Shown: one piece after another, positions 36,801 to 49,440 of the stretch
Layout of the letters: each line of letters starts with the position of its first letter
Position numbering within the stretch: the first letter of the stretch is position 1
Assembly: GCA_002633005.1 (NCBI GenBank)
Contig: NMRA01000498.1
Span: forward strand, 237,772 to 301,771
Length of the DNA: 64,000 nt
Source: Phoronis australis
Taxonomy: Eukaryota; Animalia; Phoronida
Direction: 5' to 3'
Program-made: the position numbers and the translations under genes
The notes under the pieces: model-generated
The model's input: the letters and a program-made list of their open reading frames with translations, nothing else
Told to the model about the DNA's origin: nothing
Database searches by the model: none

Positions 36801-39800
36801 TAAAAGTGCAATAAAGAGTATTTGAGCGGAAGGACTAGTGGTTTTCTGACAGCCGGTCCACCTGCCAACTCTAGACAGTCCATTGCGACAATATAATGTC
36901 ACAGGGTGTTTCTTTTACAATCCAGGTATGTTTTGTAGAACCGGAGAAGGTAGAATGTTACAAAATCAGTCTGTGAAAAAAATACTGTTACAGACGAATC
37001 AAGACTGTCATGAATAAGCACGAATGTAACCACCAGATGACGCCAGCAAAGAGAATCCCTGAGAACAACTAACCTACATTTGACTTACATAATAATGGAT
37101 ATTATGGTTTCCATGTCGACAAAGGAACGGTATAGATTGAGGTATTTCAGGTGCTTTACGCGTGACACTGTAAGAAAACCTTTGTTGCTCACTTCTCTGC
37201 AACTTTGAAGATCAAGTTCTGAAAAGGAACACAAAAATCACACATTAGAAACTTGGCCCCTACTACCGCCGTGTATACTTCGTCAAAATTTGTGCCCAGA
37301 TTGTGGTAGACAGAATTCTTTGACATCAGAAACACCGATCTAGCATTTTTTGTACAGAAAGGCAAGGGCCACATTAACGATGGCTGGTGATTTTTTAATC
37401 TGTTTGACTTCTGAAACTGCCCCATGAGCAGTTATGCTGGAATCATTTTTGCAAGGTAATGTGATAAATATTATCCAAACACGATTACGTTTAAACCATT
37501 GATACCCGTTGATGAAAGTAGTTCCACCAGGATTTGGTAATTGGGTACACATAAACCAAAAAAAAAGAGAAAATCCTCTTAAAAGATGAAAATTCCAAGC
37601 CCTGACTTCCTATGATTGTTGAAACACTATTTTGAGGGAGTGATTCCTAATGACATGACACTCATGCAGGTAAACCCATTACAGTTCATGTTTACACCAT
37701 CATGATATATCAGTATATGAGTGGATGAACTAAGTGGTGAATATACAATGGTCAGATTTTATTAACACAGTATGTTAAAGAGGTATGTAATACTAAGGAC
37801 AGGACTTTCAGTTGATATTTTCCAAAGTGCAAAACTAATTATGTGCGAATTAAGTGCATCAAGAAACTATCAGTGAGTAGTCTTGGGCGAAATAAGTGAG
37901 GGACAAAATGCTGTTTTCGCAAATAAATTTAGGTGTGCAAAATGAAGTGTGCATGTTAAGTATGTGGATAATTAACATAATATTTTCACATGTTGTCCAA
38001 ATAACTTGTAGGACTCGGGAAGAGTGTTGAAAAGTTTGTACAGTGGACTATAAAAGTTGGACACATCATTATCATGCCAGTGTTGCAAAAACACTCACAT
38101 TTGAACACTGTTATTATAAGTATTATTATGAACATTAGACTTGTGATAATTTGAGTAATTATTAATTATTATCCTTTCGGCGCTACCATTATTCACAACT
38201 TGACACCTTTAAATACCTTCTAAGCTTGGACACCCCAGAACAATTGTCTGCATCACATCGTCATCAACAAAAGGACAACAAGCCAAACTTAGTGTGACCA
38301 GCTGAGCACCACAGTTCACTAACAAGCTGGAATTAAAAATGAGAATTAGACAAACTTAGCAAACTCTCTTATTTCTATCAAGGAATGCAGAAGGGGCACT
38401 TAATCAAACAGTCAATCGTGCGTTCTATGTAATTTATTGCATGGTCATTTCTCTAAAAAAATACCGCAGAAATTGAATTTTCTTTATTCCGGAAATTGGG
38501 GAAAAGGGCGACTTTAAAGTTCACCACGTTTCTCAAATTTTCAATCTTCTGAGTCCCCACATAATTGGGCAAGTCATTGCTTTAGGATGAAATCTTATGT
38601 CTTCAATAACTCACCGTGAGTGGCTAAAACAATTTATACCAGTCAAAGATCTTGTCATCGACGAGCCAGTTGAAATTGCCGAGTCTCTTGAAGGGTTCTG
38701 TACACAATACACAGGTCACATAGGTTCACATTCGCAGTAAATTAATCGCTAAATCACTCCCAATTCACACTTCACACTAAGTCTGTTAAGTTTATGGCTA
38801 GTTACGATATACAAAGTTTAACTGCAAAATTGAAACACATGTTGTCTGTACAAATAACCTACTCACACTTGGAATGTGGCGTTGTTAATCAGCCCGTATT
38901 TCCCACACCAGGATAAGTTTAGTCGCACAAGCTGATAGCATTTCTGAGAAAGTACTTCCAATGTAGAATTGTTAGCCTGGAACAATACACAATCACAATA
39001 TTCTTGATCAACAAATTAAACCATGTGGGACTACTTGCACATGACAGCAAAATGCGATGAGCCACCACTGTCGAATAGATCTTCAACTCGTCAACAATAC
39101 CAGCAGATGACCTGGTTCGTGTAGAAAGCATTTTTATCAACAATTTAAATACAAGAAGATGCGTAACCCCATACACGCAGCCAGCCTCCAATATGGGGGG
39201 GGGGCTCGAATTCCTGACTTGTGGACCTTTTGGTAAAAAAAAGTTGTCGGAATAAAAAAAGGAGCACCACATGACTGTGAATTGCGCTTTTGTGCATGTT
39301 TAATGGACTTTTGCCTCATTTTCTCGTACTTTTGGTCTCTCAGAGGCGGACATTTTTGCCCACTTCGCCAAATGGGGNNTTCGAGCCTGGGTGCACGCAT
39401 GAACCCTGCATTCAGCATTATACCTAATCAGTAACACTACGATCAGCGTAATTTGGTCATATTTACTTTTCATGTTTCGAAAATAGTTTTCCAAAAAAAT
39501 ATACCCTTTCGTCAGACAACTCTTGTGCATTGACATGTTCTCTAATCTATTTTTTGATGTCTCTGTGTTTAATTGTCGACACATTTTTAAGATTTAATAT
39601 CCAGGTTGGACTCGAAAGACCGGCCACTTATCTCAGGCAATGTCAACTTTCGCTTTGTTTATCGCAGTGAGCCTCGCTTTGGATTTTAATGTCCACTTCG
39701 TGAATTAAGTCTATGCAAAGACAGCTAACAAAAGGTTTCTGTCTGGGCTGAAAACATAATTGTTTTATTACCCCCTGTAAATCAGAGGATAGCCAAGCCT

Positions 39801-42800
39801 GGAATGATTGAAGCACACACTCAGCTTCTAGCCATCTGAAGAGCCTCCAGGACCATGAGTGTTATGTACACCCCTTATGATTACCTTATCCCAATAGGGC
39901 TGAAGATTGAGCTCTGTATACTGTAATGGATCACAGCAATGTTTGTAGAGAAGGCTGCAACATCAAACGAACTTCATACTGACAAGAAACAAATGCAGCA
40001 AATCTACAATTTTGATTGATCACAATTTATCATAAAAAATTTCACATGAATTTATACGAACCATTTCTGCGAAACCAAATTGTCTGATGAGATGCAAATG
40101 GTTAATAAGAATTCCCAATTAAACAGTTGATATCATTTTTAATGCAAAGTTTATCATCAATCGTGATTTTGTACGACTTCTTATCAAGAAGCAACTATAA
40201 CTGATCAAAGAGATAATGCATGAATGATGCTATGACTGATAATTAGGCTGATCTCAGCCTGATGATCGCTTACCATCAGTCTAATATCAATTCATCCAAA
40301 ATGGGGTTGTACAACACCACCACAACGAAAACCAATACAACGGACCTTGGAATAAAGTTTAATACAGGATCACTACGCATGCACATGCGTAGCTGATAAC
40401 TAGAGTAAGACTTGATTTTTAGTGACAACGGGAAACGGAAAAAAATCACGGAATAAGACGTCTTTCCCAGAGTTTGGTTCACCCTACAGATTCAGGCGAC
40501 CAAGACATCTAACTGGTTTGGAAGCTGGGAGCCATGATTGACAATCAATCAGACAGCTCAGCCGGCCGACTCAGATGAACAGGCAGTGACACAAGTACAC
40601 AGTCACATGCTGCGTGTCTACATCCTTGTGCCTTGGATATTTAAGGAATTGTAACAGTATTTTTTTACTTATTTTGCACAAAAACAAATTACTAAAATTA
40701 CCCCTTTTCTATTTTCCAGAAACAGATTACCTTAATTCAAACAGTGTAATGAATATCAACCCCATTCCGCTCTTAAAAATATTGAAAAATGAAGCAAAAT
40801 TCCCCTCATGATGCCCCAAAATTCCCCTCAAGTGATTAAAAAATTCACCCTGAGGTTCAAATCACTTGCAACTCTAGCAGGTGACAATTTGAAGAGTACA
40901 AAATAATAGAGGCAGAGCCTATGAGGGCTCGCAACAGGGCGGGAGTGCTATTGACGGTGACTAGAAGGTAGAATTTTCCCCCACCCCGAAATATTCCCAT
41001 CTCAGAAGCCACAGGCACCTCTCCCCTTGCATGAATGATAGAAGCCCTAAGTGGGGCAAATTAGTGAAAAATTACCATCTTTGCACTTACTGACATGTTC
41101 TTGATAATCTACACAGGGACTGAAGGTCTAAGTAGCTGAGTATTAGCTGTATAACTTCTTGCTGTAATAAATACCAAGAGCAAGATGGAGTGTTGATATG
41201 TGATCACTGTGTGCATCACATTCTGTACAGACACATTGGTATGATCATTATTTTTAACATTACCACTAGAGGGAGCAATCCTAGTAAACTTAAACTAGCT
41301 TCTAGAGAGAGCAAAGCGTGTCCGAACTGCTCTCCTCAGTAGGAACACACCTTTCATCATGATTCTTCAAGAAGTTTGGAGAGTAGGGACGCAGAGACAA
41401 AGAACACAAAAAATCCGTCAAGGAAATCCGAAAATACAGATGATAATGTAAAAAATAAATTTGCCACTATGGTCGCACTGGTGATCAGGTCTGTCTGATA
41501 GTTCTTGCCATTCGTTGTCATGTTCACTTGCCAAATTTCATGAAGATCCTGCAATGGGTTTAAAAGCTACAGCTGCGGGTGCAAAAAATCCCATTCAGGG
41601 GCTGCCAGAGTAGTCGAAGTCATCTGAAAATTTAAGTCAGTTTTTCTCTTCTCAGTAGGTAAACATTTGATGAATAATAATGATCCTCAGAGCGGTTTAG
41701 CCGAGAGAGAAGCGAACACCAAACAAGAAACACAAAAACAGTAAAAATGGCCACTAATCTATCGTCATCTCCGTAATAGACGGACATCTACTCGACAAAT
41801 TTCATGAAAATCCTTCAAGGAACTTGGGAGACATAGAGGCTAACGTAAAAAGCTCTGGTGCACAGCAGTAGCTAAATCCAAACAGTTGGTCCTGCCGTTC
41901 AATGGCAGGAGCATGTTCTCAAAATTTCATGAGAATCCAATAACAGTTTTTGGAGACAGAGCAGCAGACCCTCAACAGACGCCAGATGGAGATGACGGCG
42001 TAATGCGCTCATATCAAATTGAACTGCTAATTTCTGCAGAGCAAATCCACATCACAGTTTTGCTCACGATAAACTTTGAACTCTTGCTAAGTCCAGTGCC
42101 GGATCAACAGTGAAGCAGAAGTAGCATAAGTATGTTGGGGCCCCGCGCTTGTTGGGGTCCCGCACTTGTTGGGGCCCCGCGCTTGTTGGGGGTCCCACGC
42201 TTGTTGGTGCCCTGCACTTGTTCGGACACCGCTCTTGCTGGGACCAAGCACTTATTGGGGCCGACACTCACAGCATGAAGCACCAATATCACAAACGTAT
42301 TCATATTTCTAAGCCTACGGAAGCACTGACCTCGGGCAATGCAAATCCAATTTGGTAAGTTAGAGCAGGGCCCGGCCATTTTCAATAAGTGTAGGGTGAA
42401 GGGTGCAAGGCCCTCCTGAGTCAGTAATGTTCAAAGAACTGTAGGTGCCATAATGCTTCTCAAATTGTAAATGTGCACATAAAAAAAAGAACACTGGCTC
42501 CCAAAAATGCCGAGACTAACCAAGACGACAGGCATTCACTGAACATACTGTTTGATTGGGGTTGTTAAGATACAGAGCAGCAAAATAAATTTGAAAATTT
42601 GCGCGAAATGCATTTATTTGACAAAGATAGCACAAGCACAGGGCCCCTGATTAGCAGAGTGTGAATTATCCTAAAATTGTCCAATTCCATCTCATCATAT
42701 AGAAGCCGTCTCAATTTCTTTCTGGGAAAATTACTCATACATTGCTTTTGCTTTGAGATAATCGCTGTATGAGTATTTGAGTAGGGCCCCATGCTTTGAC

Positions 42801-45800
42801 TTATGCTATGGACCCTGCAATTGCTATTAATATAGCACTGGCCAAGTCCAGTACAGAAGGGGAAAGACTACTGAGAAATCTCACTGAGAGTGCATGAGTG
42901 TTCCAAAGCAAACCAAATCAACTGTTTTTTTTTACCAGAATATCATCACATTCTACACACAATACTTGATGTTATTTCATGTTACACATTCACGACTGTT
43001 AGGCTACAAGCATTGTTAAGATAGTCCTTGGTGCCAATATTGATGAGATACATTGAAAACTTACTGGTAGAAATTGAAAGTAGTCTTGCCCATCTCCAGC
43101 AGGAGGTGATATCTGGAGTTTACTGAGGAGCTCTCCTGTACTGGAGACATGATCACAAGCTGCCTTCTTCTCTGACATGTCATTATAAGGGATGCCAATA
43201 ACATTCACCGCATCGAGTTCTGTGTAGTAATCCAGATGGCGAGAGTTGAACTCCAGCCGCAACAATCTGGAAAGAATGCATTCCTTATCCCCTCATAATA
43301 TAAAGAAAAATGTGATATTTTGTATCTAGCTGCCTGTACTTTGAGTCTGTAGCACACCCTTGAGAAAGAGTGCATCGCTCGATACGTGGGGATATTTTAA
43401 TATATTTTAGTACAGACGCTCGTCATTTTAGTTTTACCTGACTACTTTGTGATCAACATAGGACAACAAACAGTCAGACTTTAACATATCACTACAGGCT
43501 GAAAAAATATTAGGAAAATGATGTTTTGGAAATCATAGCAAAAAGGTTTATTTATCTACACCTGCAGGTACAATATTACGAGACAGATGAGTCTCGTCTT
43601 CATCTCGAAAACTTGGGCTGGCAAATGATACAGTATTTATCAACAGACAACAAAGGGACTTGAAATAAGCAGACGTCAAGCACATATTGCACTGTTTGTA
43701 CTGCTAATGGACACAGTGAATCTACAACAGATGACTGAAAAACTGCATCAAAATAATGTTAAGATTTTTCTGACGCGTCACACTGAAATTTGACATGCAC
43801 ACAACACTGGTAGATTCAATTTTTCATAAAGTTTGCGTTCCACATAAATATCCATCACAATCATGGTAGTTCTTCACCTATTTAGCACACCACATGGCGG
43901 TCTAGTGAAATATTATGTAAAATTTATGAACAAAAATAAACATCGAGACAATTTCAGTCTGTTGTTAGCTCAGTTTGTAGTGTGCATATGTCATAAAACA
44001 AGATTTAGTAGAGTTTATAATATTTACATTAATCAGCCTTTGAAAAATAGAGAAATAAAAATTTTAGCAATTGCTTTTGTGAGGAATTATTGTTACAGTA
44101 AGAGTTCTAAGAAAAAAGTAATCATCATTCCTGCAGAAAGACGAAGAATCATGCAGACAGTGAGTACTCCCTGTACACAGGTGCAGAACTTTTAAATAAC
44201 TATGGTATCAAAATCTAGTACGCCAGCCAAAATGAGAAAAGTATACAAAGACAGGCTATTAATGATCACTGTTACAAACTAGACTCCCTGCCTACTTGGT
44301 CGGAAACGGACACTTGCGTATTTCTGGTGTAAATATGCGTACTTCATGAGGTAGTCGTTTGAGATCTCTCTGTGAACACTCCCAGAGTGTGAACCAACTG
44401 CAAAGAACGTAGTAAAGTTTGAGGAGGAAGACATGATAATTTATTTATCAGTGAACTTGACACCAACACACAATTCAAAAAAGAAAGCCGATACTTTGGC
44501 TTTTGTTTCTAATAAAATATTCAAGTTCAGTATATTTCAAGACAAAATTCAGAGTGACTTACTATTCCCTGTATGGCATTTAAGAGGAACGTAAATGTTT
44601 TCAATGTTATTCTACTAAAATTACAAAACCATGGTTATCTAGGAGAGATGTTTTGCTCTTCATGAAACAAAAGAAGCTAACATAAATGGCCAACAAAAGA
44701 CTGCATTCGTTTCCATTGAGCAAACACGAATGACAGACACAGACTCCATTCAGGATCGAGTCCATGGAAGAGAATACAAAACCAAGATGCAGGCCTTTTG
44801 CTGAGCCGTTTGCCACACTTTCTAGCGATGCACGAATAGCAGACATGCCAGTGGAAAAGTGGTCAACAGGGGAAAAATTTGTCACCAATATAATCAGAGA
44901 ACTGCAATTTTAGTAAAGGTAGCACCGAGAAATCTCGCTTTAACATTTAACCTTTAACCTGCAACAACAGTAGAATGACATAGTTGGCCCAACACATTTC
45001 CCATGTCTTCTGTCTGCACTCAGGTTTATTGAGCAAACGCAACGTACAACTTGCAACTAAACACAGTCTCTGTGCTGGCCCAATGAACGACTCGCTGCTA
45101 AACAAAGTCTGTGTGCTAGCCCAAGGAATGACTCGCTACTACGCACAGTTTCTGTGTTGGCTCAATGAACGACTCGCTACTACTAAATACAGTCTCTGTG
45201 CTAGCCCAATGAACGACTCTCTACTAAACACAGTCTCTGTGCTGGCCCAATGAACGACTCGCTACTAAACACAGTCTCTGTGCTAGCCCAATGAACGACT
45301 CGCTACTAAACAACGTCTCTGTGCTGGCCCAATGAACGACTCGCTACTAAACACAGTCTCTGTGCTGGCCCAATGAACGACTCGCAACTAAACACAGTCT
45401 CTGTGCTAGCCCAATGAACGACTCGCTACTAAACAACGTCTCTGTGCTGGCCCAGCGAAAGCGAATGTAGAAACAAGATATGTGGGAACTCAATACTGGA
45501 CAGACATTGCCACTTCACTATTGCAGGGGTGTGAGAATCACAGCTAAGATATGTCTCTATAATCGGGAATTTGAATTCTCTATGAAGTATTCCAGCAGCC
45601 TTGACACATTGCCGCTGCCAAGCACGTGCTCACTCATGCCCCCTGTTGGACAATTAAAAGAACTGCAGCTCATGAGAAATTAAACATGCTCTTGAGAAAT
45701 AATTGCTGTGAACGAGTAAGAAAAAATAATTTGTGAGTACATACTAGTTGCATTCATGACAAAGGGTGACAGTTGTTCAGAGCATGCGATTTATGGGGGA

Positions 45801-46866
45801 GGAACACCTTGGTACCATATACCACCAGTTCAGAGCTAGATAGAAACATACCTTGTGGTTCCTTTAGCTAGAATTTTCACAAGAGCTCCGGGATGATATG
45901 TCTCGTAGATTTCAAGCCCAGTTAAAAAAACTGGCTCAATGTGCAGTTCTGAAAATAAAAGGTTCGGTGCTAAAAAGTATCTTGAAAGTAATAAAGACAT
46001 ATCAAGTGAACCTGCTACGCCGCTACGCCCTCTATGTGAGGTGTGGAAACTGTTGGTTCCCTTAAAGCCTACTTTGAATTGTAACACTTATAAATTTGGC
46101 ATGACAGGAGTACTATATTAACAGATTTTACCCACCGCATTCACCCATGATTCCAGACAGTCCATCCTTTGTGTTTCTAAGTCCAGCAAAACAACTACAT
46201 GCAATCTACTTTCCTTGATAGTAAGACGACTGAAATGAATTTACTTAACAATAGTAAGAATCTCAACAGTGACAATGTACTGCAAATTACAACCCAGTAA
46301 TGCTTGACTAACCGTAGCCAAGTTTTCTTCTGAGGCCAAAAGAGATGCCTTGAATTACACAATTTTGGTCTGGACCATGGTACGCCTAACTCAGTTACAC
46401 AAAGTAAACATCTGGGGTGTCAAGTTTCTCCACAAAGGAGTTTAGAAGCAGAATGCATTGTGCTAATTCTGTGACTTTCACTCTTCAAGTTAATGCAACT
46501 CTTCTCATAGTTGGACATTTTTTTCATTCAAAGTTGGTGAAATGTATTTCTTTTAGACAAATGCAAAAACAACTTAGTCGCGCCTGTGAAAGCACAAATT
46601 TAAAAGTGGACACTCACAACCAAATTGAATGTCTGAGATGCATATTAACTGTCTCCCACTAAGGGACTGGGCTCAAAATCTGAATGGCTGATGTCAGCCA
46701 AGGCCGATAATTCCCCATCGCAGTGAGCAAAACTCAGGTCACTAGACTTGGGGGAAAACTTGACACTGTCAGAATGTGGCCCTGAATAATAAGTAAGGTT
46801 CAGTTGGCAAGTCCTTAAAGCCGACAGAGTCTGATTGAAACACCAGTGTAAACATGGTTAGCAAGA

Positions 46867-46907
<41 letters not shown>

Positions 46908-49434
46908 GTAACGGGTTCATACATTCACTAAAATGTAATGAACGGTTAATTGGCTTACTTTTGTCTAAGTCATGGAGAGAATCCTTAATTAGTGTTCTAA
47001 TCAGACTCCCATTGAATAAATACAATTACTATACACTTTTAGCCTTTACTCGTTTGTTCTGTGTTCTCGGCGTGACACAATTTGGTGAAAAAAGGCTGAG
47101 AAAATCATTTGACCTGCCTGCGTTTGAATGACACAATATGATGTGATTAGGCTGTGAAAATAATTCGACCTGGTAATTAAGAGTGTTGCGATAAGTAAAT
47201 TTTGTGTATGCAAAATCAACATTTTAGAGTAGAACTTTGAAGTTTCAGACTTATTGAGGACGTAACAGACAGACAATTTATGTAGGAGAGTGCCATGTAT
47301 CGGAAACTAAACAAACTATGCTTAACCTATCCCTAAAGAATGAGGCAGGGTCACAGCAGAAATATCGGGGATGAACCATATGGTTAGATTCATTTCTTGT
47401 GTATAAATATCAGATTCATTCTTGATTTTGACTGTGTGTTGTACTAACTGACCGATGAAGTCATCAGAAATGAAAGACGATGGTGTGCGTTTAAAATCTT
47501 CTCTACCAGATGGAGCTTCCTTCCACCAAGGACCGTAGGTTCTCTGCAAGATAACACCAGACGCAATTATTAGAGGTCAATAGTCGTGCCTTCAGAAAAA
47601 AACAGCGGGTAGTAAGTGACACAAATTAAGGTTTCTAAAGACAGTATAATGCATTTCTCAGATGAAAAAGCTGTTATTTACTATTCAATTAATAGTACTT
47701 AATTGAGAAGGTTGGCCTCATTTTCTTTTTATCACTGTTTACTGACGTTTATGTGTTGCCTAGTTTGCATGTTCACATTGGAAATGGTGACTTATAAGCC
47801 CAAGTTGTGGCTGGGTAGCAATTGGTACAAGTTAGAAAATAACTCGCAAGTATTTCTTCACTGTTTATTGATTACAGCAAACTACGAATGATCGTAACCT
47901 GAAAGAACAGAGACAGGGGGTAAATACTAGGTCACTGACAAGTGACGTGTGATTACAATAGGTTAACAATGCTAGAGATGTGCTAAGGCTACAATAAATG
48001 AGGGAATCTTACCGCTAATTAAACAATGGACTTAGAAACAAAAGGAACATGGCGGCTAGGGCGAATAGCAAGCGCCATCTATATGTCATAATTCTCTACA
48101 AGTCACTGAAATAGATAATGATTGATTGATATAACACACTCGCTTCATTTCGCAGTGGCGGATTTAGGATACCATAAGGGGGGGCCCAACATGTTGTCTC
48201 ACGGAATTGGGGAAAGTGTGGTTGTATGTGTACAGGAGTCTCTAAAGTTGCAGGGGCCAGGAGTATGAACACCTTCAGTTCGAAAATCTATAGACTAAAA
48301 AATCTGCCTATGTTTTGCATAACTATAATTATTAAGAAAACTGTACCTCACACAGAATAAATGATTGGTCATACATGGTCAAAAATAACGAGGTTAAAGT
48401 ATTTAATTCAACTTAATTGTAAGCCTAAAAGAACAAAAAACAATTAAAAATGACAAATCAAGTAAATTAATTTTGTTAGTTATTAATGTCTGAACTTGTT
48501 GAGCTTCCTGGTTTTCAGTATATTTTCATTAAAAAATTAGCTGCAGATTTCGTAGTTAAGTATCGGCTGTAAAATACATGTGACGGCTAATCAGCCTACA
48601 GTCCGCAGATCTATGTTTTCAGTAAGGCGTGTTTAGAATTTGTCGGAATTCGAGGCGGGTAGTACCAAGCAGGGGTAAGTCGCGTAAGATTTGATTTTTG
48701 TAGCTGATTTCGTGTTCCTGGTGCCTTTTTTAATTTTAATTTTTGAATTTGATTTTGTCCCCTTTGTTAAACCCCCTGTAGATCTGCCTCTGGCCTACTG
48801 TAGTAAGTATGGCAAAACTTAGGCAATGACCATCGCCTCTGCTGGCCCGATGGTCATTGCCTAGGCAAAACTAAGCCTTGGTGCAAAGCTAGGTGTAAAT
48901 ATTTTGATGTTCTTTTGTTTTGTTCTTGTAACAGCTAATTGCAAGGCTGGTAGAAAGCTGACAGGGTGTACGGAATCAAGATCGACGATAAATATGGACC
49001 AAGAAATTAGATCGGATTCACTTGGTTTGCTTCACGACCCATCTTCCTGGTGAGTAGCCAGTACACAATTCTTTAAAAAAGGCTTGGTTTACCGACGTAA
49101 CCTGATCACTATAAAAGTGTGGCGAAAGTCCAAGTTTCAACGGCTGCCTGCCACTCGGGTATAGGAGGATATTTGAACTTGGTCTACGAGCGTGCACTAG
49201 CACCAGTACTGTACGTAGTCGTAGGAAGCAGGCCAAAAAGCACAACAGCTGGGAGTACACAAAACACTCGTCACTCACGAGGACACAGGCCTGGGTGAAA
49301 TCTCCGTAGTTGGGGTAAACAGAGGGTTCTCCGGCTATATTCGGCACTGTATATGAGGCACTTTGTTCGCTGCCGTACTGTGAGCTGAAGTCTGCCACTG
49401 AGAGAGAGAACTTTTTCTTCACCGTCGAAGCCAT
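30850..49434 (-). CDS. FBXL4: F-box/LRR-repeat protein 4 orthologue (discoidin-like N-domain, F-box, LRRs), 15 coding exons, ~559 aa
   Basis: Exons (minus): 49434-49279, 47543-47453, 45948-45852, 44397-44296, 43266-43065, 41161-41091, 39954-39885, 38976-38867, 38326-38217, 37218-37089, 36153-36061, 34985-34878, 33960-33868, 32937-32833, 30991-30850. All GT-AG and phase-consistent; total 1680 nt. Signature matches to human FBXL4 as recalled: [56 protein letters not shown]-box [58 protein letters not shown]. Confidence 0.95.
30968..31820. repeat. ~420-bp tandem duplication split by a single N (probable haplotype/assembly artefact)
   Basis: 30968-31388 is almost identical to 31390-31820 (a couple of SNPs and a ~10-bp indel), with N at 31389; it duplicates the acceptor and first 24 nt of the last FBXL4 exon. 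Confidence 0.85.
31840..32100. repeat. Degenerate aacacgg/ggactca short-motif array ending in a ~35-bp inverted repeat
   Basis: Many acacgg(a/g)c and ggactca motifs; acacggttaacggaccgccaaacacgggtcac (~31993-32024) is mirrored by gtgacccgtgtttggcggtctgttgaccgtgt (~32068-32099). Confidence 0.6.
33119..33209 (+). repeat. 40-bp tandem repeat, ~2.2 copies
   Basis: gcatgatttgtgcagcatacttgtcactgaacaacacacg repeated. Confidence 0.8.
34088..34737. other. Assembly gap (N run) inside an FBXL4 intron
   Basis: Run of N; flanking exons join in phase with no missing homology block. Confidence 0.99.
35050..35203. mobile_element. ~155-bp MITE (inverted copy of 60271-60428)
   Basis: cgttcagtagacgctaggac...gtcacgtgttctcatttaaaat...atatctcacgtaatctcgcgaagtcttg...gtcctagcgttac is the reverse complement of the 60.3-kb copy. 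Confidence 0.8.
39170..39401. mobile_element. MITE of the CATGCGCGCACCCAG-TIR family
   Basis: catacacgcagccag...ctgggtgcacgcatg; interior is the reverse complement of 50675-50899; flanked by aaccc on both sides. Confidence 0.75.
41293..42060. mobile_element. Probable non-autonomous repeat with internal 'aaatttcatga..atcc' motifs (Helentron/HINE-like, tentative)
   Basis: Three aaatttcatga(a/g)(g/a)atcc copies (~41533, ~41798, ~41922); boundaries uncertain. Confidence 0.35.
42133..42262 (+). repeat. ~17-19-bp GC-rich minisatellite (cttgttggggccccgcg), ~7 copies
   Basis: Directly visible tandem units. Confidence 0.85.
43352..43410 (+). mobile_element. Degenerate Penelope-like pLTR/hammerhead-like fragment
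   Basis: ccc-TTGAGAA-a-gagtgcatcgctc-GATAC-GTG-ggg: stem II gagtg/cgctc and short stem I ccc/ggg; core mutated. Confidence 0.3.
45053..45453 (+). repeat. 39-40-bp minisatellite, ~10 copies, in FBXL4 intron 3
   Basis: Unit aacacagtctctgtgct(g/a)gcccaatgaacgactcgctacta. Confidence 0.95.
46867..46907 (+). repeat. (AAT)n microsatellite, ~13 units
   Basis: Directly visible. Confidence 0.95.
48599..48793. mobile_element. MITE related to 26364-26588
   Basis: Ends aaccccctgtagatctgcctctgg; internal cgtaagattt...ttttgtagct.atttc is shared. Confidence 0.55.
48811..48872. mobile_element. 44-bp minimal TIR element with 9-bp target-site duplication
   Basis: ggcaaaact [taggcaatgaccatcg cctctgctggcc cgatggtcattgccta] ggcaaaact: perfect 16-bp TIRs at 48820-48835 and 48848-48863. 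Confidence 0.8.
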
Positions 49435-49440
49435 TACGTA

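Noticed and set aside
45053-45453. CRISPR-like appearance of ~40-bp repeats
   Set aside because: Units are head-to-tail with no unique spacers, there are no cas genes, and the context is a eukaryotic intron.
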